Shown one piece after another: positions 25,265 through 38,077 of a stretch of DNA of 64,000 nucleotides; position 1 is the first letter of the stretch; each line of letters begins with the position of its first letter. The notes under the pieces are model-generated. The model was not told the origin of the DNA, searched no databases, and saw nothing but the letters and a program-made list of their open reading frames with translations. The position numbers and the translations under genes were made by a program. This DNA is from Cycas panzhihuaensis (taxonomy: Eukaryota; Plantae; Cycadophyta). The stretch covers positions 251,913,741-251,977,740 of the forward strand of contig CM041465.1 of NCBI GenBank assembly GCA_023213395.1, written 5' to 3'.

Positions 25265-27104
25265 CAGGAGCCGCCTTGAGACAGAGTGGGGGAAGGATAC
25301 CCCGAAATTTTGATTTTTTTAGAGTTTTGTTGAACAAGGATGCTCAAACCCATAATTGTTGACCCAAGATAGATGTTGGAGTCAAAAGTGACCCAATGGC
25401 TATGTGAGGACCAGAGGTAGGTCAAATAACCCGAGTTATGCAGGTACAGACTATACGGAGGTACGCACGAGGCAAAATGACAAAAAAACAAGCATTCTCG
25501 GTATGTATGACAAAGCGTGCACCGAACGGGCACGCATGATGAACGCACCAACGCGGAACTAACCAAGCGGCGGTGACGCACGACTCAAGGGACCAAAGAA
25601 GACTGTGGAGGTGCCGCAATGCGGACGTATGGATCCAAAGGACTAATTAATTAAGGCCAAACAAAGTGATTAAATGAAGAGGTACGCATGATCGAAGGGT
25701 ACAGTTATGACAAAATCATAACCCTTGACCAAAAGGTACCAAAGATGAGTACTTAAGGAGGTACGCATGATTCACCTGGTTAGGGTGAGAGTCGGATATC
25801 ACGGGTACGCCAGGTTACAGAAGACAATACGCATGACAGCCAATTGGAGCATAAATGTATGATAAGTACCATCTGGATACGCATATGTAATGTAGGATCA
25901 GTATCTTCGGAATGCTCAGGAATGCATTCCAGCCTCTGTGTAAATGAACTGTTGAATTAATAAAAGGAAGAGTTACGTGGAAATTGGTGTATGCTTGATG
26001 TTGTGATGATGATTTACTGAAGTATGTATTGATTTCTGTACTGCTGTGTACCATTCTGTGAATTATATATGGAATGTATGTGGAATGTATGTGAATGACC
26101 ATGTTGACAGTATCCTGAAACTAGACTATAGCGCTGTGTAACCTTGACAAGTGCAGCAAAGGGTATCTTGTAAGTGTAACAAGACACCCCCAGTAGAAGT
26201 CAACAACAATACATAATACTCTTAATTAGAATATAACTAATACATCCACTTCAAAAAAAACATAGGATATTTTATTGTCTTTGTATGAAATGCGAGATGA
26301 TGTTCACATAGTCATGTCTAAATCCAAGTAGTTTTGTATCAAATTTGCTGGGTCTATAATGGTTTTTTTGTCAAATGTAAAAGAGATCAATAATCAATTA
26401 ATCGCTTTGGGCAAACCTACTTCAGATGAAGACCTTGTAACTGCCACCATTCATGCCTTATCAAGGAAGTACAACAACTTTGTTTCCTCAATTACTTAAA
26501 GAGGCACTTTGAACACAATGGATTTCAATCAGTTGGTCTCTTGATATGAAAAAAACAAGTCTACTCTCGTCAAGATAAAGGAACAACATTAGGAACATTC
26601 AATGCAAAGCACAAAATCAAGTAGCATATGCTCCTTAAACAAAACTTTCAGAAATAGTTTAAAAACCTTAAAATAAATGTTTCAAAACCAAAATCAATTG
26701 TATGATATTATAATGGCAAAGTTGGCCATATTTAACTTGAATGCAAAAAGAGGCAACACGACATATAACAACAACAGTAGCAATAGTAGAAACAATAGCA
26801 ACAACAACCCCCACAAAGACCAAATCGAGATGCATTTCGAGGAGGTCATCAGAGAAACCAATGGAGGGCATATAGAAATGGCTATCAAATCCACAACAAT
26901 CAATATGAACATGAAAAGTTATTTTGTGCGTTTGATAGTAGCAACAACGACAACACTTGGATTGTCGACTCTAGTGCATCCTATCACATAATAGCTGACG
27001 TTGATTTATTGAAAAATAATGAAGAGGGCAAAAGACAAACAATTACCTTTGGTAATAATCAAACTATTCAAATTTTTGGTATTAGAAAAATTACCCTATT
27101 CAAC

Positions 27105-27590
27105 ACCCCACAAAACCTTGCTTAGTCATTTCCCAATGGCAATGTCTTTCTAGTTCCAACCATGTCTAGAAATCTTGTCTCTATTAGCCAACTTGATAAG
27201 TAGCAAATGAGTATATTGTTTAAAAATAAAAGATGTACCATAAGTGACAAAAAAATAATAATAAGTTACCCTACAAAACCTTACTTAGTCATTTCCCAGT
27301 GGCAATGTCTTTCTAGTTCCAACCATGTCTAAAAATCTTGTCTCTATTAGCCAACTTGATAAGTAGCAAATGAGTATATTGTTTAAAAATAAAAGATGTA
27401 CCATAAGTGATAAAAAAAAAAAAACAAGTTACCCCACAAGACCTAGCTCAGTCATTTCCCAATAGCAATGTCTTTTTAGTTCCAACCATGTCTAAAAATC
27501 TCATCTATGTTAGCTAACTTGGTAAGTAATAAATGAGTATATTGTTTAAAAATAGAAGATGTATCATAAGTGACAGAAAAAAACTAAGTG
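27105..27590 (+). repeat. 163-bp tandem triplication within host Copia pol
   Basis: ct(t/c)agtcatttccc recurs at 27121, 27284 and 27447. Confidence 0.92.
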
Positions 27591-30497
27591 ATTGCTATTA
27601 GTTATGAGGAACATGGACTTTACAATTTGGATGCAACACTTAGCAAATCACACGCCTACATTACTTAGTCATTGACTGAAGAAAAGCTATGGCATAATAG
27701 ACTAAGTCACTTGAACCTAGAAAGCATCAACTTGATATTCAAAAAGAACATGGTGTTTGATTTACCCAAGATTTCATTGGGTAAGTGCCTATATAAGGCA
27801 TGCATTATGGAGAAACAACACAAGGATCCTTTCCAAAAAGATCAAACATGGAGGGCTAAACAGTTATTGCAACTGATACACACGAATATTTATGGACCCA
27901 TGTCCACAGTCTCTCAATGGACCATCTGTCATCATCACCTTCATCAATGATGATGAAAGATAGATTGTATGAAGCATAAATTAGAAGTTGTTTTCAAGTT
28001 TAAAGAATTCAAACTTGTTATAGAGAAGGACTCAGAGATGCAAATAAAATTTATACAATCTAACAACGAAAGCGAATTCACTTCTAAAAAATTCAACCAA
28101 TTTTGCATTGGCAATGGCATCAGACATCAACTTACCACTCCATATACACAACAACAAAATGGTGTAGTAGAAAGAATGAACAAAACTCTTGTAAGAAAAG
28201 CTAAAGAAATGATGCATGCTAAAAGTCTCATGCAGTCATATTAGGCAAAGGCATTTCACATAGTTGCCCATGTTATAAACAAAAGCCCTACAATTAAAAT
28301 CTAGGATATGACATCAAAGGAGGCTTAGACTAGTAAAAAACCAACTATTAACCATTTATGCACTTGTAGGTGCACTACCTATATGCACATTCCCCAACAA
28401 CAAAGACTAAAACTTGATGACAAAAGTTTAAAATGTGTCTTTATTGGTTATGCAACATGAAGCAAAGCTTATTGGGTATATGACCCCATTAGAAGAAAAG
28501 CACATGTAAATAGAGATATAATCTTTGTTGAAAATAATGAGAAAATGGATACTACCTCTATTCGTATTCCTCTTAATAAAGGCAAAGCAATTGATGAAGA
28601 TTTCCTTCCCTCACAATCATCAACATTATGCACTTTATTAACACCTCTCTTTGTCATCTACATCAATTCCATCTACTTCTTCGATGACTCCACTTGACCC
28701 TAGCAATCCATCCGACATTGAACAATCTTTGCAGGGTTAGGGCATTGAGGTGACCACAACAATGACGAAGAAACTATCCAAATGGTATTTATAGACTATA
28801 CAAAGTTCACATATCATATGAAAGAAAACGTTCTCTAAATTATAACAACTAAATGTGAATTATACACTTATAGCTGAAGTGTTAATTGTTGATGAGTCTT
28901 CTACTCTTAAGGAGGCATGTGCAGACAAAGTGGAATACCACTATGGATTATGAAATCCATTATATTCATAATAATGAAATTTGGGATTTGGTTGAATTAC
29001 TTGAAGGCAAGTAAGTAATAAGTTGTAAATGGATTTATAAAACCAAATTATGGTATAATAGTTTGAGCAAACAACACAAAGCTCCATTGGTGGTTAAGGG
29101 TTTTGAATAACAAGAACGCATTGACTGTGGTGAAACCTTTGCTCCAATAGTAAACATAAACATCATTAAACTTGTAATGGCCATAATAACACAATGCAAA
29201 TGACCTATTTTTTAAATAGATGTTAAAAACACCTTTCTCAATGGCAATCTTTCATAGGGGGTATATCTAGAGCAACCTCATGGTTATAGTGAACATGGCA
29301 AAGAGCATATGGTGTATTGCCTTAAAAAGGTTTTTTATGGCTTGAAACAAGCCACATGTGCCTGGTATTTCAAAATCGTGATTCCTTTGTGAAACATGAG
29401 TTTCATTGATTCTCATCAGATTCAAAATTATACATAATAGTTTAACACTAACATGTGACTTTCGTCAGATTGTATGTTGATGATTTAGTTATCATAGAAA
29501 GTGACACTGAAATGATTTTGAGTCTTTAAAGGGATTTAAAAAGAAGTTTCAAGGTGATAGATCTTAGACTTCTTCACTACTTCTTAGGCGTGGAGATGTA
29601 GTAATGACCAAGAACATCTTCATTTTCCAAGCCAAATATACTTAGACTATTTTATAATGATTCAAAATAGAGCGTTGTAAACCTACACCTACACTTATGG
29701 AGACTGACATCAAACTAGCACTTGATGAGGATGCAAAATCTGCAGATTCTACTCTTTACAAGTAGCTACCAGGTAGTCTCGTTTACTTTACTAAAATTAG
29801 ACTAGACTTATCTTATAGAATCATAGTCTATTCACGGTACATGTCTCAACCAAATCAAAGACATTGGAATGCAACAAAACATATACTAAGATACTCAACA
29901 AATACATTGCAATACGGCCTACAACATATACATAATGAAGACTTCATTCTAAAAGGATTCTTAAACTTTGATTAGGTTAGATACTAAGATAGTCGAAGAT
30001 CTACATCAGATTACTACTTTAACCTTGGATCAACTACTATCTTGTAGAGTTGCAAGAAGCAACCAAATGTGACTCTCTCCTCCACATAAGTATAATACAA
30101 AATTGTAGTCAATGCAACATACAAGGCTATATAGTTAGGGAGGATTTTTAACAAGCTTGGACTTAAGCAAACACATCCTATCAAGTTATACTATAATAAC
30201 CAAAGTGAACTCAAGATGACCAAGAATTTGATTTTCATGCAAAACCCAAATACATTGAGGTCTATCACCATTCATTAGGGAGCATGTGTAAAACAATGAA
30301 ATCAACCTTGTTTATGAAAGGAAATGATAACCTTCCCTTCACTACGCTCAAGAAAGGGTTTACCCCACACTTTAGATGGGGGTCAATAAATCAATAGTTA
30401 GTGGACATCTTTACCAAATCACTTCGTAAAAAAAAAATTTAAGTATTTCAAACATGGCCTTGGTATAAGACTTAATAATATAAACATTAAAGGAGGG

Positions 30498-30943
30498 TGT
30501 TAGAACCTTTATGTTCTATTGTTAAATTCAGTATTATATAAATTTACTTTTTCACGTAATATGTATAGTACACACCTACACTTTTCTAGTGTTGTAACAT
30601 ATAAGTCAATGACCCTTAACTTCTTTTTACATATGCATGTATATTTAACACTTGTCAAACATGCAAGGTACTTGTATGCATGATCAACACTTGTCAATCA
30701 TGCAGCACACCTAAGAGGGACCTTTTCACCTATATATAGAAACCATTTTCTCTTGTATGACATAATCAAAGTGGGATGTAATGTTATACTACTAAGTTGA
30801 ATATAAATCATTCTTATTAGGGATATAACAAATTCCTTCTCCTCCATATTATCTTGTGCTTATATGCTTCTTATTTTCAAACTTGTGGATGTAAATCATC
30901 TTGACCTAGTCCTTCATTGTCCCCTCATGATCCAACTTCATAA
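30498..30943 (+). repeat. 3' LTR of host Copia
   Basis: Starts TGTTAGAACC directly after the PPT and matches 10448-10915. Confidence 0.88.
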
Positions 30944-31005
30944 TTATCTATATCACCTCATTAAATATGGGACAAGTAGCAACAACCCCAAGGCCACTTA
31001 CAAAT

Positions 31006-34000
31006 TGATCCATTTTCAGATCTTTAATATCATAATACTCTTAAAATGCCTTGGTTTTCATGTTTATAATCTTCTTTTAGTAGAAAAATGCCTTAAGAGG
31101 CTTAAAAAATGAAAAAAAAAAAAAGGGTGCAACCGCAACTGCAACTAAGTACAACCGGGTGGCCTACAACTGCAACTAAGTGCAACCGGGTGGTCTACAA
31201 GTGCAACTAAGTGCAATCTACCGGTCTACAAGTGCAATGAATTGCAACCACGCAGTTTGCAAGTGCAACGGCAAGTGAAATCAAGTGCAACTGCAGGTGC
31301 AACCCTGTTGACTACAGGTGCAACCCTGCTGACTGCAGGTACAACTCTGCGGACTACAGAAAACGGAAAATGGGAAATTTGAAAAATGATGGCATTTTTG
31401 GAGGGAGAAACGAAGTTCGTTTCGCACAGAATTTTAGGAGGACCTTCTTGGACGTGTCCTCTACAAGATTAAAGAGGAAAACCTCTTAATTACACGGATT
31501 TAAGTGGGTTTTTCGCTAACTGTTTAGAATCCGTTGAAGAACTAAAAACAGAAAACCCATTACAGAATAAACACACATTATAAGGTTTTATAATAGCAGT
31601 ATCTCTAAATAGAGGACAAAAGAGAGGACGCCAGCAGCCATAGACGTAGTACATGGAGCAAGATTCAAGGAAAGTGGTCTAAAATTACTTTCCGTAAAGA
31701 GAGAACGGCTCCAAAAACAGAAATTCTGCGTGGGAGAGAAAACTAAACGGAAGTGTATAAGGAGCAACAGAGCTGCACCCAAATCCGTTTGTGGGGATAA
31801 TGAAGGAGCCCTAGAAGGCATAGTTGCAGCTGAGGGAGGAAAATAGTAGTCGCATTAGTCCAAGAAAGAGACGTCGGCCGAATTCTTCTCCAAGAAATGG
31901 ATTCTTTTAGTTATCGGCAACCATAACTCCATGCAAACTTCAGTAACAGTGGTTCCAAAGAACATGCAGCAGCTAAAAAACACTCAGCACTCTGTTCTTC
32001 TCTCCCAATTTGTTGTAGAAGTCCTTTTCATGCTCAAAAGAGCACAAACATAAGAAATTTTGTAAGAGAAATTTCGAATATCTTCAAATTAATGTAATAT
32101 TATTGTAAATTTATTCTGGATTTGTTTCAATTAGATTAAGTCGTTGCTTTTCCATTCAAATTCGGATCAAATATTTGGTATCAGAGCTAGTTTTCTTGAA
32201 ATCCTTGAGAATTTAGGGATTTTTAAAGAGAAAAGAAAAGAAAAACCCTCTTGCTTTCGTTGTGAAAAGTTTTCATGAAAACTAGATTTCAGTATTTGTT
32301 GACTGACGAACCTTTAACCGAACCACTTGAGAAAGAATGTAGATAGTGAAGGAAGATGGCTGAGCCAGAGCAAAAGATGGAGGAAATGTTTGTGAAGATT
32401 GAGCAAAACCTCGATAGACTAACCCAACTTGTGGCGCAACTAGTCTCTCAACAAGTTGCAACTTCTTCTTCAACAGTGAAAGGTGTAAAGAAGGAAGAAG
32501 ATGAACCGATGAAAGAGAATACAAATGAAGCACTGGTAGAAGACCAACAAGAAGAAGAAGAAGATGACAATCCGGCGATAATAACACATCCATTCAAGGT
32601 AGAGGCAAAACTTGAACTGCCTATCTTTGATGGAACTTTAGATGTCGAAAAGTTAGATGGCTGGTTGGACCAACTAGAAATATATTTTTCCATTTATGGG
32701 TATAAAAACCAGCAAAAAATTGCTTTTGCTAAGTTAAAATTGTCTAAGCATGCATTAGTTTGGTGGAATGCATATCTTAAATCCCATAATGTAAATGAAA
32801 TTACTTGGCAACAATTTAAAATCCTCATAAAGAAGCAATTCTATCATATTGGGTATGAAGAGCAACAGAGGATTAAATGGCAATATTACCGACAGGAAAG
32901 AGGCCAAAATGTCTAAGACTACACAACAAAATTTCAAAAGCAAGCTATTATATTGAGCATCTCTTTATTGGGTAAAGACATCATGCTGAAATATATTGGA
33001 GGGCTGCACCATCATATTTAGCAAGAACTTCAACTATTTGAAGTTGAAACGCTCGATGAAACTAGCAAGAAGGCGATTGCCATAGAAAAGAGGAACAAGA
33101 AGGTTTATGTTGAGAGGAAAAGGTTTGCACCTCAAGAAGGTAGCAACAAACCTACCCGAGGAATGAGGTTTCCAAGTAAAGTTGTACAACAACCCATTGG
33201 GGTTTTTGGCAAGAAGAAACAAGTCAATACCACCCAAATCAAAGTCACTTGTACTCATTGCAAGTGAGCGGGTCACAGCATAGAAAATTGTTGGTTCCTA
33301 CACCCAGAGAAACGACCCAAGAACAAGGGAAAAGGTAAAACTAAAACTGAAGGTAAAGCTTCACTTAACTCTGTGGGTGATGAAGATGTTTGTGGCATTG
33401 AAGAAGTCAATGAGAAGTTGATGCTCATTGCTAATGCGGAGCCTAAAAATAACTATCAACAAGTTGATCCAGAGATTAGAGAGGAGCTCTTCATGGTAAG
33501 AATCCAAGTGAAACAAAGTATGGTTGATGCCATCTTTGATGGAGGAAGCCAAAAGAATTTAATCTCAGAAGCATTAATAAATAAACTAGGATTAAAAATG
33601 CATGCACATCCAAAACCATATCCTCTTGGATGGCTACAAAAAGATTCAAAGTTGCAGGTTACTCACCAATGTAAGTTTAAATTTGCAATATCTGAAAAGT
33701 TCATTAATAAAGTTGAATGCGAGGTAGTCCCTTTGGATATTTGTCAAGTTGTGTTTGACAGCCCATATCTCTATGATAGAGATGGAGTTCATCACAGGAG
33801 GCTAAGAAAGATTTGACTCATCAAGGACGGGAAATCATATCTGATCAATGCATCAAACCCTCAAAAGAAGATCTCTCTCATATCTTCCCAACAAGCAAAA
33901 AGATCGATTAATGCTTATAGGAAGTTTGTACTGCTGATGATAAAGCTAAAAGGTACAAGAAAAAAAGCAAGCACAGTCCTCAATACAGGCACTGGATAGG

Positions 34001-37000
34001 AAGCAAGTGCAGTAGATTGGAGGCCTAAGGAATAGGTACAATGACGTATTCCAAGAGCCAAAAGGGCTGCCCCCTAAAAGGGCAATTGAACATGAAATCC
34101 AGCTAGTTGTTGATTCACCTTTAACAAATCTTAGTCTCTACTGAAACTTAGTTTTGGAAAATGAGGAGATTAAGAGGCAGATCTAAGAACTCTTGGAACA
34201 AGAAGTGATCAAGCCAAGTTGTTCCCCATGTGGTTCACCTATTGTTTTGGTGCCAAAGAAAGATGGAGGATGGAGAATGTGCATTGACTACCAGGCTTTG
34301 AATAAGATCACCATAAATAATCGACATCCCTTACCACAAATAGATGACTTGTTGGACCAACTACAGTCGGCAAGATATTTCAGCAAATTGGACCTGAAAT
34401 CAGGCTACCATCAGGTTCGAATCCAAGAGGAGGATACTTGGAAGATAGCCTTCAAATCGAAGCAAGGACAGTTTGAATAGTTGGTGATGCCATTTGGTCT
34501 GTGTAATGCACCTTCCACCTTCATGAGGTTGATGAATGAGGTATTAAGACCCTTTATTGATGACTTTGTAATTGTTTATCTAGATGATATTCTGATTTTT
34601 AGTCATACATGGGAGGAGCACCTCCAACATGTCAAGTAAGTGCTCAAAGTTCTCCAAGAGTAGCAGTTGAAATTAAATCTGAAGAAGTGCGAGTTTGGAA
34701 AGCAATCTCTCATCTTCTTAGGTTTCGTGGTTAGAGGAGGAGAATTGAAGATTGACCCAGCAAAGATTAAAGTCATTCTCAATTGGCCCACACCCAAGAA
34801 AACCACAAAGGTAAGAAGTTTCATTGGTGCATGTCAATATTTAAGAAAATTTATTTTCAGATTCTTTCAAATTGCAGCACCTTTTCATGCATTGATGGGA
34901 GGACATACAAAGTTTCATTGGGAGAATGAACAAGAAAAAGCTTTCAGGCTTTTGAAGCAGAAAATTTGTGAGGCACCAGTGTTAGCTTTACCCTCATTGC
35001 AGAAACCATTTGAATTGGAGACTGATGCTTCAGGCTATGCCATGGGAGCAGTATTGAAGCAAGAAGGAAAACTGATAGCATACCATTCAGAGACATTTAA
35101 TAAAGCTGTCATAAACTACCTAACTTACGATAAGGAGCTCTATGCATTGCACCAAGCAGTGAAGCATTGGAGACCATATTTGTTGGGAAAAGAAGTGGTC
35201 ATCCATACTGGCCACAAGTCTTTGCAATTCTTGCAGACTCAGTCCAAATTGCAACAGGCTAGGCACATGAAGTGGATGTCCTATTTGCAGTAGTTTCACA
35301 TCGTGGTTAAGTACAAGAAATGAACAACAAATAAAATTGTAGACTTGCTGTCCAGACCTCCTTAACAGCAAGATATTTCCAGTTTGTTGGTAGCTATGCA
35401 ATTTTAACCTTTCTGCCATGATGAATATGTTGATTTGTACTTGAAAGATGAGGCATTCAAGCCTATCTTTGAGTAGCCACAACAAGGAAAAGTAGTTGTT
35501 GATTTCTAGCTAAAAGATGGTCTTCTTTTCAAGCAAGACAAGCTTTGCATTCCAAAGCATGCAGATCGAATGAAGTGGGTAAGAGAAGCTCACACCTCTC
35601 GAGTTACAGGACACTTTGAAGTGGGAAAGACATCGCTAAACTTACAGTGATATATGTATTGGTCAAATATGCAACAAGATGTGACTATAGCAGTACGAGA
35701 GTGTACATTATGTAGCACATCAAAGCCAGCCAATAGGAAGTTTGGATTATGCATTCCACTTCCTGTTCCATCACGACTGTGGGAGAGTATCTTCATGGAT
35801 TTCCTCGAAGGACTACCACGAACCAAAAATTGTATGGATTATTTATTTGTAGTTATTAATCGGTTCAGTAAAATTGTGATGTTGATTCCCTGTAGGAAGA
35901 CACATACAGAAGAAGACATAGCTAGATTATTTTTCCAGCATGTTTAGAAGCATTTTGGACTTCCCAACTCAATTATTTCTGATCGAGACAACAGATTTCT
36001 GAGTCATTTTTGGCAAACACTTTGGGAAATGATGGATACAAAGTTAAAGATGAGCACGGCTTTTCATCCTCAAACAGACTGCCAGACTGAAGTTGTCAAC
36101 AAGACATTGGTACAACTGTTACGAGGATATAATGCCAAGCATCTTAAGACTTGGGATAAAAGTCTTCCATACTTGCAATTTACCTTCAATAGAGCTATCC
36201 ATTGCTCAACCCAGAAATCACCATTTGAGGTATGTTTGGGATTTCTGCCTGCAAGTCCTTTCGATATAGAATTTTCTACTCAACTTTCTGCAGGAAATGG
36301 AAAGGAGGAAGAAGGAGATGAAAAGGCATAAAGATTCTTGGAAAGAATCAAAAAAATCCATCAACAGGTTAAAGAGTAGCTTCAAAAATCTCAATAGAAA
36401 TACAAACAGTGGCATGATGCACATAGAACCAGCGATTCTTTTAGGGAATGAGATAGAGTTTGGTTGCACCTCAATAAGAAACGATTGTAAGGTGAAAGCA
36501 AAAAACTAAAACCTATACGTTATGGTCCTTTTACAATATTGAAGGAAATTGGGGAAAATGCTTTCCAGCTTGAACTTTCAGAATTCATGAAGATGTATTC
36601 TGTAGTGAATGTTGAGAATCTGAAGATGTTCAAGCCATCCATGTTGGATGAATATGAAGACGTAGTTCCACTTTTACCAAATCGATAGGAGTTGTGAATA
36701 GAGAAAGAAAAACCAATGCAAAATGATTGCATTCTTCAAAGGAAGCAGACCAAGACTCGAAGAGGCATAATCGAGTCCTTCAGACTTGCAGAAAAATGAC
36801 AAGTACCTAGCAAGGCAAAATGGTACAATAGGGAGATAGGGAAAATCAAATTCCCTCATCTACAACTATAAAGTTTATGAGGCCATGAACTCCTAAAAAA
36901 TGGGAGTTCTGATCTGTTTTCGGATTTTTAATATTATAATACTCTTAAAATTCCTTGGTTTTCATGTTTATAATATTCTTTTAGTAGAAAAATACCTTAA

Positions 37001-38077
37001 GAGGCTTAAAAAATGCAAAAAAAAAAAGTGCAACCGCAACTGCAACCAATTGCAACTAAGTACAATCGGGTGGTCTACAACTGCAACTAAGTGCAACCAG
37101 GTGGTCTACAAGTGCAACTAAGTGCAATCGACTTGTCTACAAGTGTAACGAACTGCAACCACGCAGTTTGCAAGTGCAACGACAAGTGAAATCAAGTGCA
37201 ATCAGAGGTGCAACCTCATTGATCGAGGCGCAACCTCGACTACAGGTAGAACTCTACGGACTACAGAAAATGAAAAACGGGAAATCTGAAAAATGACAGC
37301 GTTTTTGGCGGAGAAAACGAAGTCCGTTTCGCATGGAATTTTAGGAGGACCTTCTTACACGTGTCCTCTACACAATTAAAGAGAATAACCTCTTAATTAC
37401 ACGAATTTAAGTGGGTTTTTCGCTAATTGTTTGGAGTCCGTTGAATAACTGAAAAATGGAAAACCCATTATGGAATAAACACGTATTATAGGGTTTTATA
37501 ACGGCAGTATCTCTGGACAGAGGACATAAGAGAGGATGCCAGCAGCCATAGACGCAGTACGTAGAGCAAGATTCAAGGAAAGTGGTCTAAAATTACTTTC
37601 CGAAAAGAGAGAACGGCTCCAAAAATGGAAATTCTGCGTAGGAGAGAAAACGAAACGGAAGTGCATAAAGAGTGATAGAGCTGTGCCTAAATCCGTTCGT
37701 GGGGATAATGAAGGATCCCTAGAAGGCATAGTTGCAACCGAGAGAGGAAAATAGTAGTCGCAGCAGTCCAAGAAAGAGACGTCGGCCAAATTCTTCTCCA
37801 AGAAAGGGATTCTCTTAGTTACCGGCAACCATAACTCCATGCAAACTTCAATGACAGTGGTTCCAAAGAACGTGCAGCAGCTGAAAAGCGCCCAGCACCC
37901 TTTTCGTCTCTCCCAATTTGCTGTAGCAGTCCTTTTCATACTCAAAAGAGTACAAACATAAGAAATTTTGTAAGAGAAATTTTGAATATCTTCAAATTAA
38001 TATAATGTTATTATAAATTTGTTCTGCATTTGTTTCAATTGGATTAAGTCGTTACTTTTCCATTCAAATTCAGATCA
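31006..38077 (+). mobile_element. Full-length Ty3/Gypsy chromovirus-type (CRM-like) retrotransposon with nonsense-disrupted gag-pol
   Basis: LTRs at 31006-32169 and 36910-38077 with TGAT...ATCA ends, perfect TSD CAAAT, Met PBS tggtatcagagc 32176-32187, PPT ~36895-36909. Domain order is gag (32356), CCHC (~33250), PR (IFDGGSQKNLIS), RT (FSKLDLKSGYHQ, YLDDIL), RH (ETDASG), INT (STAFHPQTD), then a chromo-like tail. Confidence 0.96.
31127..31357 (+). repeat. TGCAAC-based tandem array inside the Gypsy LTR (second copy 37028-37260)
   Basis: Repeated gtgcaac/ctacaagtgcaac units are present in both LTRs. Confidence 0.85.

Larger units (their letters stand above)
22923..26205 (+). mobile_element. gag/pol-less LTR element (3283 bp) carrying one accessory ORF
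   Basis: LTRs at 22923-23749 and 25374-26205 (TGTTG...TCAACA). Perfect 5-bp TSD ACAAT at 22918-22922 and 26206-26210. PBS tggttccgctgc at 23751. The 1.6-kb interior has no PR/RT/INT motifs. Confidence 0.93.
10448..30943 (+). mobile_element. Old Ty1/Copia host element (~7.3 kb native) interrupted by three nested LTR elements
   Basis: Paired LTRs at 10448-10915 and 30498-30943, degenerate Met PBS tggtattaaagt 10919-10930, PPT aaaggaggg 30489-30497. Gag starts ~22570 (LNELWSYVCG) and resumes after 26210. Protease WIVDSSAS ~26958, integrase ORFs 27672-28244, RT LYVDDL ~29470, RNase H to ~30470. TSD is decayed (tgatt/ttatc). Confidence 0.88.

Noticed and set aside
27105-27590. Regular repeats here and at 49107 and 57557 as CRISPR-like arrays
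   Set aside because: They are contiguous tandem duplications with no unique spacers, in eukaryotic DNA with no cas genes.
37496-37945. 149-aa antisense ORF inside the Gypsy 3' LTR as a captured gene
   Set aside because: The equivalent frame is shorter in the 5' LTR (only 31588-31821 called) and shows no recognisable domain; likely a chance ORF.
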